Assembly: GCA_965223005.1 (NCBI GenBank)
Contig: CBDCVK010000010.1
Span: 1,536,001-1,600,000, forward strand
Origin: Terriglobia bacterium
GTDB taxonomy: Bacteria; Acidobacteriota; Terriglobia; JAJPHL01; JAPKYU01
Direction of reading: 5' to 3'
DNA: 64,000 bases
The translations under genes were made by a program, and so were the position numbers. Below are positions 10,098 to 21,744 of this stretch, in pieces (within the stretch, counting starts at the first letter, position 1; the number at the start of each line of letters is the position of its first letter). Below the pieces are notes generated by a model. The model did not search any database, was not told the origin of the DNA, and was given only the letters and a program-made list of their open reading frames with translations.

Positions 10098-10550
10098 TCA
10101 GCTCCCGGCAGCCTTCTTGGCTGTCACTTTGGCCGCGAACCTGGCCCGGTCCACGATGGCTCGCCCGACCGTGCCCCGGCCGATCAGTTCGCGCTCGTCG
10201 CGCGCTTCCACGCGGAATTCCAGGAAGCGGCCGTCCACCCGGACCAGTTCTGCGCGCACCGTCACCTGCATCCCTTCCGGGGTAGCCGCCAGGTGCTCGA
10301 CGTGGATCGCCGTGCCCAGGGTCAGGGTCCCCGGCGGCAGCGCTGACTCCACCGCCCGGCCTGCGGCCCGTTCCATTGCCAGCACCATCGCCGGAGTGGC
10401 GTAGACCGCCGGCATCGCCGGGTCGTGCGACTGCACGGTGAGCGAGTGTTCCACTCGCTCGCTGAATTCGTAAGAGAGGCCCGGTTGCAGCGCTAGGGGC
10501 TCCGATGAAGATCCACCCGCCGTGCCGCCTGGTATGCCTGGCGTGCTCAT
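10098..10550 (-). CDS. Hotdog-fold thioesterase (FlK-like)
   Basis: [20 protein letters not shown]. Confidence 0.85.
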   Translation of the reverse strand: MSTPGIPGGTAGGSSSEPLALQPGLSYEFSERVEHSLTVQSHDPAMPAVYATPAMVLAMERAAGRAVESALPPGTLTLGTAIHVEHLAATPEGMQVTVRAELVRVDGRFLEFRVEARDERELIGRGTVGRAIVDRARFAAKVTAKKAAGS

Positions 10551-11893
10551 TGTGCTTTGACCTTGCGCTGCGCAGTCACGGCCTCAAAAGCCGTGGCCGC
10601 GGCGCGGACAGTGATTTCGATATCCGCTTCGCTGTGGGCGGCGGAGAGAAACGCCGCCTCAAACTGCGAGGGCGGCAGGTATATGCCTTCTTCCAGCATG
10701 GCGCGGAAAAAGGCGGCGAAGGCCACGGTATCGCTGGTCTTGGCCGTCGCATAGTCTTTCACCGGGCGGTCGGTGAAGAAAAAGGTGAACATAGACCCGC
10801 GGCGGTTGATGGTGAGAGAAACCTCGGCGGTCGCCGCGGCGGCCGCGACGCCGCTGGTCAGCCCTTCTGCCCGCTTGTCGAGTCCGGCATAGAGATCGGG
10901 GTCGCGGCGCAGCACCCGCAATGTCGCGATGCCTGCAGCCACGGCTAGCGGGTTGCCCGAAAGCGTGCCGGCCTGATAGACGGGACCTTCCGGAGCTATC
11001 TGTGCCATGATCTCGGCCCGCCCGCCATAAGCTCCCACCGGCACGCCGCCGCCGATGATCTTGCCCAGGATGGTCAGGTCGGGAACGATTCCTGCCAGCT
11101 GTTGCACGCCGCCAAACGTCAGCCGGAAGCCGGTCATCACCTCGTCGAAGATCAACAGCGCTCCGGCCTGCTCACTCCGTCGGCGCAGCAATTCCAGGTA
11201 GCCAGGCTCGGGTGGCACACAGCCCATGTTGCCCACGATCGGCTCGACGATGACACAGGCGATTTGGCTGCCAGAGCGGTCAAAGGCTGCCTCCAGCGCC
11301 GCGAAGTCGTTAAAGGGCAAAGCGAGGGTCTGACGCGTCACTTCCGGTGGCACGCCGGCGGTGTCGGGTAAGCCGAAGGTGGCTACGCCCGAGCCCGCCT
11401 TCACCAGCAGGGCATCGACATGCCCGTGGTAGCAGCCTTCAAACTTCACCACGAGTGGCCGTCCGGTAAAAGCGCGCGCCACGCGGATGGCGCTCATGGC
11501 GGCCTCGGTGCCTGAGTTCACCAACCGCACTTTCTCTATCGAAGGGAAAGCTTCACAGATGAGCGAGGCCAGTTCCAACTCGCCCTCCGTGGCAGCGCCG
11601 AAACTGGTGCCCCGCCCCACCGCTTCTCGCAGCGCGTCGACCACTTCCGGATAGCAGTGACCCAGGATGAGCGGTCCCCAGGAGCTGACATAATCCAGGT
11701 ACTCATTGCCGTCCACGTCCCAGACCCGGGCGCCTGCGCCGTACCCCACCACGACCGGCTCCGCGCCCACGGCGCGGAACGCGCGCACCGGCGAATTCAC
11801 CCCACCGGGAATCAATTGCCGGGCACGGCGGAAAATTTCTTCTGATTGTTTATGCGGCTTCAAGCTGCTCTCCTTATCCGCATCGGCTATCAA
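10547..11893 (-). CDS. hemL: Glutamate-1-semialdehyde 2,1-aminomutase
   Basis: [44 protein letters not shown]. Confidence 0.96.
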   Translation of the reverse strand: MIADADKESSLKPHKQSEEIFRRARQLIPGGVNSPVRAFRAVGAEPVVVGYGAGARVWDVDGNEYLDYVSSWGPLILGHCYPEVVDALREAVGRGTSFGAATEGELELASLICEAFPSIEKVRLVNSGTEAAMSAIRVARAFTGRPLVVKFEGCYHGHVDALLVKAGSGVATFGLPDTAGVPPEVTRQTLALPFNDFAALEAAFDRSGSQIACVIVEPIVGNMGCVPPEPGYLELLRRRSEQAGALLIFDEVMTGFRLTFGGVQQLAGIVPDLTILGKIIGGGVPVGAYGGRAEIMAQIAPEGPVYQAGTLSGNPLAVAAGIATLRVLRRDPDLYAGLDKRAEGLTSGVAAAAATAEVSLTINRRGSMFTFFFTDRPVKDYATAKTSDTVAFAAFFRAMLEEGIYLPPSQFEAAFLSAAHSEADIEITVRAAATAFEAVTAQRKVKAQ

Positions 11894-12237
11894 TGCTGCG
11901 CGCTGCCGCCAGCTCCCGGCGGCGTGGAGGTGACTCCTTTGGTCTGGTCGCGCTCCACCAGCCAGGTGCGGCTTCCCGTGCGCCTTAGCATGTAGCGCAG
12001 GGAAACGCTCGATCGCGGGTCTTCCCTGCCGTGAAACAACACCGTAGCCTCCGCCTGGTCACCTCGGAAGGTGACCTGTAGCACTTCCATGGACATGGCC
12101 GTGGGCGACAGAATCGGGCGCGTGTTCACGTAGTCCTGGATGGCCTTCTCGACATCGGCTCGATCGTTGACCGGCGCCTGCCGGGAGCAGCCCATGACAG
12201 AGGTCAGCAGCAAGCAAAGCGCCAGCAGTGCACGCAT
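11890..12237 (-). CDS. Putative lipoprotein
   Basis: Signal peptide with lipobox VMGC; stop overlaps the hemL start. Confidence 0.65.
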   Translation of the reverse strand: MRALLALCLLLTSVMGCSRQAPVNDRADVEKAIQDYVNTRPILSPTAMSMEVLQVTFRGDQAEATVLFHGREDPRSSVSLRYMLRRTGSRTWLVERDQTKGVTSTPPGAGGSAQH

Positions 12238-12353
12238 CCGCCCTGAGGCTAGCGCAGAAGCTCGCACGCTTACAAGGAGCATTCCGGTGGCGCCGGCTTC
12301 GGTCTCGCTTCTGCCGGTAAACCGTTGGTCCCGGTCGTGCTACAGTGGTGGCA

Positions 12354-13682
12354 ATGTTGGACTTGAATTTTGTGCGGGACAATCTGGACTTGGTGACCCG
12401 CAAGCTGGCTGAGCGAGGTGACGCCGCTGGCGCAGGACTGGAGCGCTTTCGGAACCTGGATGCCGAGCGTCGCGGGAGCCTGGTAAAAGTGGAAGCGCTG
12501 AAACACCGACGCAACCTGGCCGGAGAGGAAATCGCTGGCCTGAAGCGCAAACAGGACGATCCTGCCGCGCAGCAAAAGGCCTCTGATCTGATCGCCGAGA
12601 TGAAGGTGGTCTCCGACCAGATCAAGGAGATGGACGAGCAAGCGGGAAAGCTGGGCGCCGAACTACGCGAGCTACTTGCGGGCCTGCCGAATGTGGCGCA
12701 CGAAACCGTGCCCGCCGGCCGAACCCCCGCGGACAACGTGGAAGTGCGCCGCTGGGGCACGCCGCCCGAGTTTTCCTTCCCTCCCCGACCACACTGGGAA
12801 CTGGGAGAAGCGCTGGGCGTGCTGGACCTGGAGCGCGCGGCTAAGATCACCGGAGCGCGCTTCGCGGTCTACTGGGATCTGGGCGCGAAGCTGGAACGCG
12901 CCCTGCAGAACTTCATGCTCGACCTGCATACGCGCGAGCACGGCTACCTCGAAGTACTGCCGCCGGCGATGGTAAATTCCGCCAGCCTGTTCGGAACCGG
13001 GCAGTTACCCAAGTTTGCCGACGACCTATTTAAGCTGGAAGGACACGATTTCTGGCTGACACCCACGGCCGAGGTGCAGTTGACGAATTTATTCCGCGAC
13101 GAAGTGCTGGAGGCCGAGCAGCTCCCGATCGAGCTCTGCGCGTTTACCCCGTGCTTCCGCAGCGAGGCGGGCAGCTACGGAAGAGACGTCCGCGGCATTA
13201 TCCGCCAGCACCAGTTCCAGAAGGTGGAACTGGTGAAGTTCACGCATCCGGATCGCTCCCACGAGGAACTGGAAAGGCTGACCCGCAACGCCGAAACCAT
13301 TCTGCAAAAACTGGGGTTGCACTACCGTGTGGTGGCGCTGTGTACCGGTGACCTGGGGTTCGCCTCCGCCAAGACCTACGACATCGAGGTTTGGACACCG
13401 GCTCAGGGCGTCTACCGGGAAATTTCTTCCTGTAGCAATTTTGAAGCCTACCAGGCGCGGCGCGCCAATCTGCGCTTCCGCCCCCGGGCGCGGGGCAAGA
13501 CCGAATTCGTGCACACCCTGAACGGCAGCGCCCTGGCGATCGGGCGTACTTGGCTGGCGATCGTAGAAAATTACCAACAGGAAGATGGCTCGGTTCTCAT
13601 TCCCGAGGTGCTGCGCAGCTACCTGCACGGCGCCGAGCGCATTACCGCCACGGGCAAACTGGTGGGCGCGCGCTCCGCCTGA
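12354..13682 (+). CDS. serS: Serine--tRNA ligase
   Basis: [41 protein letters not shown]. Confidence 0.97.
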   Translation: MLDLNFVRDNLDLVTRKLAERGDAAGAGLERFRNLDAERRGSLVKVEALKHRRNLAGEEIAGLKRKQDDPAAQQKASDLIAEMKVVSDQIKEMDEQAGKLGAELRELLAGLPNVAHETVPAGRTPADNVEVRRWGTPPEFSFPPRPHWELGEALGVLDLERAAKITGARFAVYWDLGAKLERALQNFMLDLHTREHGYLEVLPPAMVNSASLFGTGQLPKFADDLFKLEGHDFWLTPTAEVQLTNLFRDEVLEAEQLPIELCAFTPCFRSEAGSYGRDVRGIIRQHQFQKVELVKFTHPDRSHEELERLTRNAETILQKLGLHYRVVALCTGDLGFASAKTYDIEVWTPAQGVYREISSCSNFEAYQARRANLRFRPRARGKTEFVHTLNGSALAIGRTWLAIVENYQQEDGSVLIPEVLRSYLHGAERITATGKLVGARSA

Positions 13683-13749
13683 GCCGGTCGCGTTGCCAAT
13701 CCTGCCGCACTTCTGCTATATTGTTTTGTTATCTTTGCACCGACCGCAT

Positions 13750-13825
<76 letters not shown>

Positions 13826-13834
13826 CCTTTTCAA

Positions 13835-14983
13835 TCAGTTAGCGATTGCCGCCTTCCTCTCCCTTGCTACGTCAAAGGGATTCGCAAAGGAGTCCTTCTC
13901 AAAAGTGCCCTCGGAAATGGCCTCGACGGCGTGCCGCAGAAACGTCTGTCCGATGTGCCCGTAGCGTTTCACCATTCTGGCTGTCGTGGCTGGACTCCAG
14001 CCCATAATCATGGCGACATGGGCAAACGGCACGCCATTCTCCAGCATGCGCGTACAACCAGTATGCCTTAGATCATGGAAGCGACACTTAACGCCAGCGC
14101 GCTTCTTGGCCGCTTCCCAGGCTTCCTTCCATCGGCCAATTGGCCTGGTGGGGTCGGTCTTGTAAGCGCAGGGGATGAAGTCGTCTCCTGCTGCTCCGTA
14201 GCGTTCGGAAGGAAAAACAAAGTGTTCCGGCTGCCGATTGGGAAACTGGCTGGCCCAGAAGCTCAATACACTGAAGGCACGATCACTCAGGGGAATGACG
14301 CGTCCGGTGCCAGTTTGCGTCTTGCTTTTGCCAACCCTGGCGGTCCGCGCCTGGGAGTCGATCTGCTTCCAGAGCAGAAGCTGCAGTTCAGAGTATCGCA
14401 TACAGGTGTGGAGACCTAAAACCACGGCAGGGTAAAGCGAACGGGACCGACTGGCTGAACACGCTTCCAGCAATCGAACCTCTTCATCGGGAGGAAGCGC
14501 CCGACCCACGTCTTCGGATACGGGTAACAGGCTAATATGGGGCTGGATGCGTGCCCAAAGGCCGTTGCGCCGTAGGATAGCTCGCAACGTGCCAACCTCG
14601 AGATTTACGGTTTTCGGTTTAGCTCCCTCGGCCAGCCTCTGCTCTTGGTACTTGCTGACATCTTCTGGTTCGATATCGGAGATTAGGACCCTCCCAAAGA
14701 CCGGAAGGAGGTGGCGCAAGTTTGTTCGTTCGATGACGTAGCTCTTGGGCGCGAGCGTAGGCTTCTTGAGGGCGAGCCAATCCTCAGCAGCGACCGTGAG
14801 GAGCCGAGGCACAGCTCTCTTCTTCAGCCCGTGGTATCCCTCTTCCAGTTCCTGCTTTCGTTTTTGTTGGGCCCTGCCAGCCAGAGTCTTTGAGCGCGAC
14901 CGCGTCGATTCTCGGATCTTTTGCCCCGCGAAGTGAAACTCGTACCACCAAGTTTTCCGCCCTGGATACCTGAACAACGCCAT
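13835..14983 (-). CDS. Tyrosine recombinase/phage integrase
   Basis: TCMRYSE (R), SKT (K), FHDLRH (HxxR), MGW, RY catalytic set; N-terminal arm-binding-like WWYEF...RES; ends 11 bp from tRNA-Asn. Confidence 0.93.
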   Translation of the reverse strand: MALFRYPGRKTWWYEFHFAGQKIRESTRSRSKTLAGRAQQKRKQELEEGYHGLKKRAVPRLLTVAAEDWLALKKPTLAPKSYVIERTNLRHLLPVFGRVLISDIEPEDVSKYQEQRLAEGAKPKTVNLEVGTLRAILRRNGLWARIQPHISLLPVSEDVGRALPPDEEVRLLEACSASRSRSLYPAVVLGLHTCMRYSELQLLLWKQIDSQARTARVGKSKTQTGTGRVIPLSDRAFSVLSFWASQFPNRQPEHFVFPSERYGAAGDDFIPCAYKTDPTRPIGRWKEAWEAAKKRAGVKCRFHDLRHTGCTRMLENGVPFAHVAMIMGWSPATTARMVKRYGHIGQTFLRHAVEAISEGTFEKDSFANPFDVARERKAAIAN

Positions 14984-14988
14984 TTCTG

Positions 14989-15900
14989 TTACCTCCGTTT
15001 CATTTTCTTGCGCCGCTGGGCGGCCATGCGTTTCCCACGAAGCGTTCTCCCTCTGCGCTCCCAGTATTCGCGCTGCCGTTGGAGTCAAGAACAGCGCTCT
15101 TCGCAGAATCTTTGCCCGTATCGCTCGACGGCGAAAAAGGCTCCGCAGTCGGTTAATGCGCAAATCTTGATCCCTTGCCTCCGAAGACAATCCTGACGGA
15201 GCATGAAATACAACACCGGGAGAATCCCCTCTCGTTTATGGGGTGGCAGCTCCACTATCCGCTCCCCGGAAGGAACTAAGACCGGATTGAAGAAGTTGAA
15301 AATCTCACACAGAGCACGGCGCCCGCACTCTCTCACGACAGCACCCGGCATTCTACGCAGGAATGAATCCGTTGGTGTGCCAAGCGTCCAGCCTGCGCTT
15401 TGTGCTATGGACTGGATGTAACACTTATAGCCCCTGCTAAACGAGACAAAACCAGTACCCTTTGTCTCCCACTCGGCGCCGGGTTCTCCTGGCGCTCGTT
15501 CAAATTCACCGAAAGCCTCCGCTATCGCGAGAACATCTGCGTCTGTGCCTCTAGACAGCTCAACCGTCAGATTGACGGCCGTTGCAAACACCCGGCGTTC
15601 GCGCCTGAGGCTAGGGAGGCTTTCCATCACGCGGACACTTTCCGTGTTGCCTCTTTCCTCCTCCCACCCCGGCAGTGTCCCTGCGACAGGCCCGAACCGC
15701 TGAACAAAATCAACCAACTTGTCGTCAGAGTCGGCATTGGCGAACTGAATGTGCGGGGGGAGTCGGCCGCCGCGTTTCTCACCAAGTTTGGGGTGCGCAA
15801 ATTGCGTGTACTGTTGCAGCAGATCCCCTGATTGCGTTCCAGCCTTGATTGGAGATCCAGGAATCGTAGTGCGACTCTTGCTGCCAATTGGCAGCAGATT
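14989..15900 (-). pseudogene. CGNR-type zinc-finger protein with premature TGA
   Basis: Frame open from about 15900 (QFANADSDDKLVDFVQRFGP...), C-terminal CALTDC...RFCEERCS*; the frame continues LQRQREYWERRG...KRR to a TAA just upstream of the integrase start. Confidence 0.55.
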
Positions 15901-16218
15901 CGCAAGTCCCTATCAGAGGGGTGCTCTTCTCTTCCCAGACCTCAACCATGTCCTCTTCGAGGGGGCGAGGAGAGCACGAGCCTGGGCTGGCATGGCAGCC
16001 GACCTTGGCCAAGGTGCAGGGGTGGGCAGGCCGTTCTGGGAAAAAGAAAGGCAAGCAGGTGTGTGTGTGAAAGGGAAATGCACTTAAGGGGTTGTGGATG
16101 TTACAGGCAGCCCCGGCTTTTTTGTACTCGACTCGAGAGCGATTTTTTGGGGGGGGGGCGTGTATATGCTTGCAGTTTTTCAGTAGTGGGGTCCTTAGCT
16201 TGCCCAGGCTGGAATACA

Positions 16219-16245
16219 GGTAGACACTAGCCGTTTATGGGGACC
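16219..16245 (-). repeat. dif-like site F (1 bp short)
   Basis: Minus strand GGTCCCCATAA-ACGGC-TAGTGTCTACC; a second half-site GGACCCCACTA at 16184-16194. Confidence 0.7.
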
Positions 16246-17158
16246 TATCCGACATTGCTGGTGAGAAGAAAGGTGTCTCACCAGCACACTTTCGCGAGGG
16301 CGTTCCCGTTTAGTTGAAAGGTTGAGAGGCGGTTCTCGCCCCGGGTTCAGTAGAAATTCGGGGTGAACTCGGCAGGGTCTTGGTGATGACCGTAGGCGTC
16401 AGCCTCGCCGACTGTGAGGGGGCTCCGCCTGTTGGAAGCGCTGTGTCGAAGGGTGACTCGCTCGATTACAACGCGAACTCTTTGGTCTCACCCTCCTTCA
16501 GATCGTACACTTGATCCCTGATGCCGATCTTGATCGGATGTCTTTCTCCCTTGCAGGCACACACTTGTAGTCTGTCACGAGAAGCTTCTATCTCAAGCAT
16601 ATGTCCTCGATAACGAATGCGCATGCGCAGTCGTGCCAGATCGTCCGGAAGGCATGGATTGAACCAGAGGGCGTCACCGCGCATCTCAATACCGGTATAG
16701 CCGCGTTGAACTAGATCCAAAGTACCGGCCATAGCACCTAAGTGGATGCCCTCAGCCGTGGTTCCGCCCTGAATATCAGCGACATCGCTTTCCAATGCCT
16801 CTACAAACAACTTCCAGGAGCCTCCGCGGTCCGACCGCGCTAAGACCCATGCATGGATGACACGACTCAGTGAGGATCCGTGGGAAGTGCGCTTCCAATA
16901 GTAGTTGATGTTCTTGGGAATCGTCTCGCGATCGAAGTCGTAGCCGAGGCGGCTGAACAACTGAGATAATTCCTCAGCAGAGAACAAATAGAAAAGCATG
17001 AGCACATCGGCTTGTTTGGAGACTTTGTATCGGTTCGTCGTGTCTCCCTCCGCCTCGAGAATCCGGTCAAGTCGATGGATGTTGCCGTACTTGCCCCTAT
17101 AGGCCTCCCAGTCAAACTCTTCGAGCCGCTCATACCCCTCGAACTGGCTGATGATCCC

Positions 17159-17596
17159 ACCGTCGTGAAATACGATACGCATTTTCCGGCTGATATCTTG
17201 CCAGTGCTCGATCTCCTTCTGACCTAGGTCGAGGCGCTCGCAAAGTCCTTGGCGACGGTCCTCGGGCAGTAAAGCAAGCAGTTCCAGCGCGCAGCACAGC
17301 ACCCACACCGCCATTAAGTTGGTGTAAGCATTGTTATTCAGGCCCGGATTATGCACCCCCGGATAGCCGTCGTGGTACCGTCGTGAAATACGATACGCAT
17401 TTTCCGGCTGATATCTTGCCAGTGCTCGATCTCCTTCTGACCTAGGTCGAGGCGCTCGCAAAGTCCTTGGCGACGGTCCTCGGGCAGTAAAGCAAGCAGT
17501 TCCAGCGCGCAGCACAGCACCCACACCGCCATTAAGTTGGTGTAAGCATTGTTATTCAGGCCCGGATTATGCACCCCCGGATAGCCGTCGTGGTAC
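17159..17596. repeat. 218 bp perfect tandem duplication
   Basis: Sequence starting CGTCGTGAAATACG at 17161 recurs at 17379; AC microhomology at the junction. Confidence 0.9.
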
Positions 17597-17944
17597 TCGT
17601 CGGGTCCCATGACACCCAAAATCTCATAGCGGTCAAGTTCGGCATTGTAGGTAGCGATGCTCGCCCAAAAACGAGCAATCTCCAATATCATTTCTGCGCC
17701 GTGGAAAAACAGGAACTCCTGGTCGCGCGTCACTTGATAGTACTGCCAGGCATTGTAGGCAATCGCTGCGTTCACGTGACGTTGCAGTCGGCTATGGTCC
17801 GGCAGCCAGCGTCCCGATTTAGGGTTGAGATGGACGTCCTGGCTTTCCTCCCGCCCATTACTGCCGCTCTGCCACGGATACATCGCACCCCGGTACCCTG
17901 CCTTGCGCGCGGCCACGCGTGCCTCATTCAGGCGCCGATAACGA

Positions 17945-17992
17945 TACATGAGCAGGGCCCGCGTCATCTACATGAGCAGGGCCCGCGTCATC
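17945..17992. repeat. 24 bp tandem duplication creating an in-frame TAG
   Basis: TACATGAGCAGGGCCCGCGTCATC x2; protein reads MTRALLM*MTRALLMY. Confidence 0.9.
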
Positions 17993-19109
17993 TTGGGAAT
18001 ACGAAGGCTAGGGAATTGGAAGATGAATAACTCATCCCAAAAAATGTGGCCTCGATACGCCTCACCATGCCAGCCTCGCGCCGGCGCCCCGACGTCGAGG
18101 TCAATGGTGTGGGGCGAAGTAGTCTGCAGCAGGTGAAACACGTGCAGTCGAAGGATCAACGCCGTGCGTTCACGCTGGTTAGGCCTGTTGAGCTCAATTT
18201 CGATATCGAAGTAGCGCCACAAGTGCTCCCAGGCCAGGGCGTGGCTTTCGAAGAGCTTGGCGAAGGGCGCAGCCTCTGCGACCGCCTCCTGGGCTTGGAG
18301 ACCACACTCGGAGATCCCGTGATCCCGGGATGTGAAGAATGCTATGACCTTCTCAATAGTAACGGTGGTCCCTTCGCTGATATCGACGCCAAACTGCTGA
18401 GCGATGTAACCCGGTTCTTCGATCGTGTGCCTTTCCACCGCGAGAGTTTCCCCGTCTCGAAAGACCTGGGTTCTGGCGGCTTGCGCAATGCGAATCTTGG
18501 ACTGGTTGGTTTGAACCTCCAAGTAAATGGCCTGTTCCCCAATTGCCTTGGTTTCGAGCGGTTCGAGATGGTTGTTATTGAGGTTCTGGTAGCGCTCGAC
18601 ACCGGCATTGACCACGCGACCGTCGAGGGCGAACTTGATTTCCAGTCGCCCCGACCAGTTTTCGGCGGTCAGTCTCGTTTCCAGACCTGCGAGATGGGGG
18701 TTCCCCATATGCACCAGGCGGCGTTCAGTCAGTCTGGTTTGGCGGCCCTGTTTGTCGCGGAATCGGACAGTGCGCAGGAGCACCCCCCGCTTTAGATCGA
18801 GTTCTTGGCGGTAAGACAGGATTTCAACCGTCCTCAAGTTGAACCAAGGGCTATCGCCGAGGTGAAAGGTAAGTGGAAGCCAGTTCGGAAAATTGACCAA
18901 ATCTTCGTTTTCCACGATTCGGCCCGCAACCTCTGTGCGGACTCGGTTGTATCCGCCAGGCAGATAAGTCCCGGGGTAGTGGATCGCGTCTGCCTCCGCT
19001 TCTGGGACCGCACCCCTGGTTGCAAAATAGCCGTTGCCCAGGGTGCACAGGGCCTCGCGCAGTCCTTCCTGAGCAGGATTGAAACCCTCGAATACGAGTG
19101 ACCACGAGC

Positions 19110-19931
19110 TCATAAGGAATCTTTTCCTAAAGAGGACAGCTCCTCCAGCGCTACTCGCGGACTCTTGAATGTGTCGGACACAGCAACCTCTGAGAGATCG
19201 GATACGACCAGATTCGCGCCGTTCTCCCTGAGGGCGGCGCCATGGCCGGTTCTGTCGATTCCGATGACCCAACCGAACTTGCCGCGACTTCCAGCTTGCA
19301 CGCCCGCAATCGCGTCCTCAACGACGACAGCTCGCGCGGGGGTCACGCGGAGCTGACGGGCGGCCTGGAGGAAGATGTCCGGAGAGGGCTTACCTTTCAG
19401 ATTTAGACGAGCCGAGTCTGTGCCGTCAACCTTCGTATCGAACAAGCCTGCGATCCTTGCTGCCTCCAGGACCTCAGCGCAGTTCTTGCTGGAAGAGATA
19501 ATTGCAGTCTTGATCCCTTTTGACCTCAGATTGCGAATCAGGTCGACCGTGGAGCTGAAGACTTCTACACCCAACGTTCGCAACTGTTCAAGAAGGAGCC
19601 GATTCTTCTTGTTCCCGAGGCCGCAGATGGTTTCCTGCTCGGGGGTATCCGCTGGGTTCCCGAAGGGGAGCTTGATCCCGCGGGACTGTAGAAAGCTTTC
19701 CACCCCGTCGTAGCGTGGCTTTCCATCCACATAGCATCGGTAATCGGAGTCAGGGTCGAAAGGACGGAACACCCGGCCACTCCCGGCACGTCTTGCCAGG
19801 TATTCATCGAACAGTTTCTGCCAAGCTGCCGCATGGACCCGTGCGGTTTTTGTGACGACGCCATCGAGGTCAAAGATGACCGCGTCGTGGATGTTTTGAG
19901 AAATGGTGAAGGTAGGCGTGTCTTGGTCCAT
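19110..19931 (-). CDS. Beta-phosphoglucomutase family HAD hydrolase
   Basis: IFDLDGV, SSSKN, KPSPDIF, VVEDAIAG; coupled to the GH65 gene. Confidence 0.88.
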   Translation of the reverse strand: MDQDTPTFTISQNIHDAVIFDLDGVVTKTARVHAAAWQKLFDEYLARRAGSGRVFRPFDPDSDYRCYVDGKPRYDGVESFLQSRGIKLPFGNPADTPEQETICGLGNKKNRLLLEQLRTLGVEVFSSTVDLIRNLRSKGIKTAIISSSKNCAEVLEAARIAGLFDTKVDGTDSARLNLKGKPSPDIFLQAARQLRVTPARAVVVEDAIAGVQAGSRGKFGWVIGIDRTGHGAALRENGANLVVSDLSEVAVSDTFKSPRVALEELSSLGKDSL

Positions 19932-20261
19932 ATGGTTATTCCTGGCTTCAAGCATTGCCGCTTTGGAGAAGCAGAGTCACGGGTACCTCCAGGGTCGCCG
20001 CTACTGGCAGGGATTCCAGATATACGCCTCCCTCAATTCCCGACTGGATAAAGTTGCGGTTAATCCGGTCGCTCAAGCACGGATGAGGAGCGAACAGGTT
20101 AGGACAAGTTCCGCTTTTCATGTTGACGAGGCATGATTGCTTGCGGCTTGACGACCGCGAGCTGAGCGGTCGGGGGTCACTCCATTCGAAGTCAAAACCC
20201 CGCGCATCTCCGGTCCGCTCCACCGAGGAGTTAGGCGTACAGCGATAATCCCAATTGAAGC

Positions 20262-20909
20262 TCACGATCCCCTCGTCGCCACGTAAAGATGTACACTTCC
20301 AAATCCGCCCACTTCCTCATCGATGTAACCAAGTCCTGATTGCTTGAACAGACTCCCCATGTCCCGAATGATGTCTCCTGTACTGGCCCACAGCCGCGTC
20401 AAATTCATTCCCAACCAGTTCTTGTCACTTGGGTAATTGATGTCGATCAGAACCAGCCTGCCACCGTTCTTGAGCACTCGACTGATTTCTGCCATAGCTT
20501 TCTGCCCATCGGGATAGCCGGTGAAAGACATTGTGTTGACCACCGTATCGAAGCTCCCAGACCGATATGGCAGGTATTCGACATCCGCTTGCAGTATCAA
20601 TGCTTGAACGCCCATTTTCTGCAGGTTGTGCTTGGCAGTGCAAGCGAGTTCCCAGTTGTAATCAATGCCGTGGGCTTCATACTTGTCTGCATACTGGGTG
20701 AGCAGATAACCTGTTCCAAATGAAATCTCTAATACTTCTGGGCCGCGAATGTGGGGAAGCGCATGAGAGATCCAGTTTCGCCACACAGGGAACCATTTGA
20801 CTGCCAGGTCATAGATTCTGGCAAAGCGGCTATATACTCGATCGAATTCCTTGGTGAACTGCTCTTTATCGATGGGCTCAGGGGAGTACATGGTTGATCC
20901 TAAAATCAT
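20262..20909 (-). CDS. Class I SAM-dependent methyltransferase
   Basis: VLEISFGTG, SFDTVV, RVLKNGG. Confidence 0.85.
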   Translation of the reverse strand: MILGSTMYSPEPIDKEQFTKEFDRVYSRFARIYDLAVKWFPVWRNWISHALPHIRGPEVLEISFGTGYLLTQYADKYEAHGIDYNWELACTAKHNLQKMGVQALILQADVEYLPYRSGSFDTVVNTMSFTGYPDGQKAMAEISRVLKNGGRLVLIDINYPSDKNWLGMNLTRLWASTGDIIRDMGSLFKQSGLGYIDEEVGGFGSVHLYVATRGS

Positions 20910-20958
20910 CTAATTTGACTCCCTTCTGCCTGGCCTTAAAGCAAGCTTTGTCGTAAAA

Positions 20959-21414
20959 TTAGAGCCGAAACCTCATCTGAACCTCCCCCAGGGATTCCCA
21001 GACGGTATGAAACCCAAACTTGTACAGCACCATGCGTGCAGCCGAGTTGCTGCCGGAAACCAGCACCCAGATGAAGTCCAAGCCTTGGACGCGGGCCTCT
21101 TCGACCGCCGAGTGAGCCAAGGCCGTAGCGATACCCTGTCGGCGGAAATCCCGGTGTACGAACAGAGCCATCTCGGCCGAACGCTTGACCGGCATCAAAG
21201 CCAGGTGACCGACAATTCTCCTTTCCAGGGAGGCCACAAAATTGGAGCCTGTGCGCAAACTGAGAATCCAGCCCTGCCGCTGAATGGGATCGGGTGGCGG
21301 AATTCCCAGCGCATACTCCTCCAGGGTGAGGGTGTCATACATCTGCCCAAGCAACGGTCGGTCTTCCTCACGCAACCGCCGGACTGAAACTTCGCTCGTG
21401 GTCACAGTAGGCAT
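20959..21414 (-). CDS. GNAT family N-acetyltransferase
   Basis: VHRDFRRQGIA acetyl-CoA motif, N..A...Y.KFGF; GGAGG RBS. Confidence 0.85.
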   Translation of the reverse strand: MPTVTTSEVSVRRLREEDRPLLGQMYDTLTLEEYALGIPPPDPIQRQGWILSLRTGSNFVASLERRIVGHLALMPVKRSAEMALFVHRDFRRQGIATALAHSAVEEARVQGLDFIWVLVSGSNSAARMVLYKFGFHTVWESLGEVQMRFRL

Positions 21415-21442
21415 GGTTCGATCCTCCTAATAGGTTTTCAAT

Positions 21443-21661
21443 TTATACGCTCACCCTATCTTTGAGAAACGTCTCGAGCTGTTCCTGCGCCTGAGTGACG
21501 TGAGTGACGTCAAGAATAGCCCCACCGAAAGGCATCTCCACCACGTGCATCAGAGTCAGTTGGGCCTGAGTGCGGCTAGCCAGCGCTTTCGCATACCTAG
21601 CTGCACCCTTGGAGTGGTCTGAAAAATCAACAGGCAACAAGATTTTCTCCAGTGAAAACAT
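21443..21661 (-). pseudogene. Truncated universal stress protein
   Basis: MFSLEKILLPVDFS...LTLMHV ends after 72 aa; contains a 9 bp duplication GAGTGACGT x2. Confidence 0.7.
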
Positions 21662-21744
21662 TTCACCTTCTCCTCTCCGGTCCAACTGCCTGACCTGCAA
21701 GGATGATTCCTTCGCCTCACAGGCCAAGCAGTTCGCGGACCCAA

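Larger units (their letters stand above)
16466..19113 (-). pseudogene. Glycoside hydrolase family 65 (trehalose/maltose phosphorylase-like), disrupted
   Basis: LGNGYFATRG, HGEAYRGHIFWD, GPDEYH, KQADV, HGSSLS, TAEGIH motifs split over 3 ORFs by 24 bp and 218 bp tandem duplications. Confidence 0.9.

Noticed and set aside
16145-16158. T-run plus G10 homopolymer as a phase-variation tract
   Set aside because: Intergenic, not tied to an identifiable promoter or ORF, and homopolymer length is error-prone.
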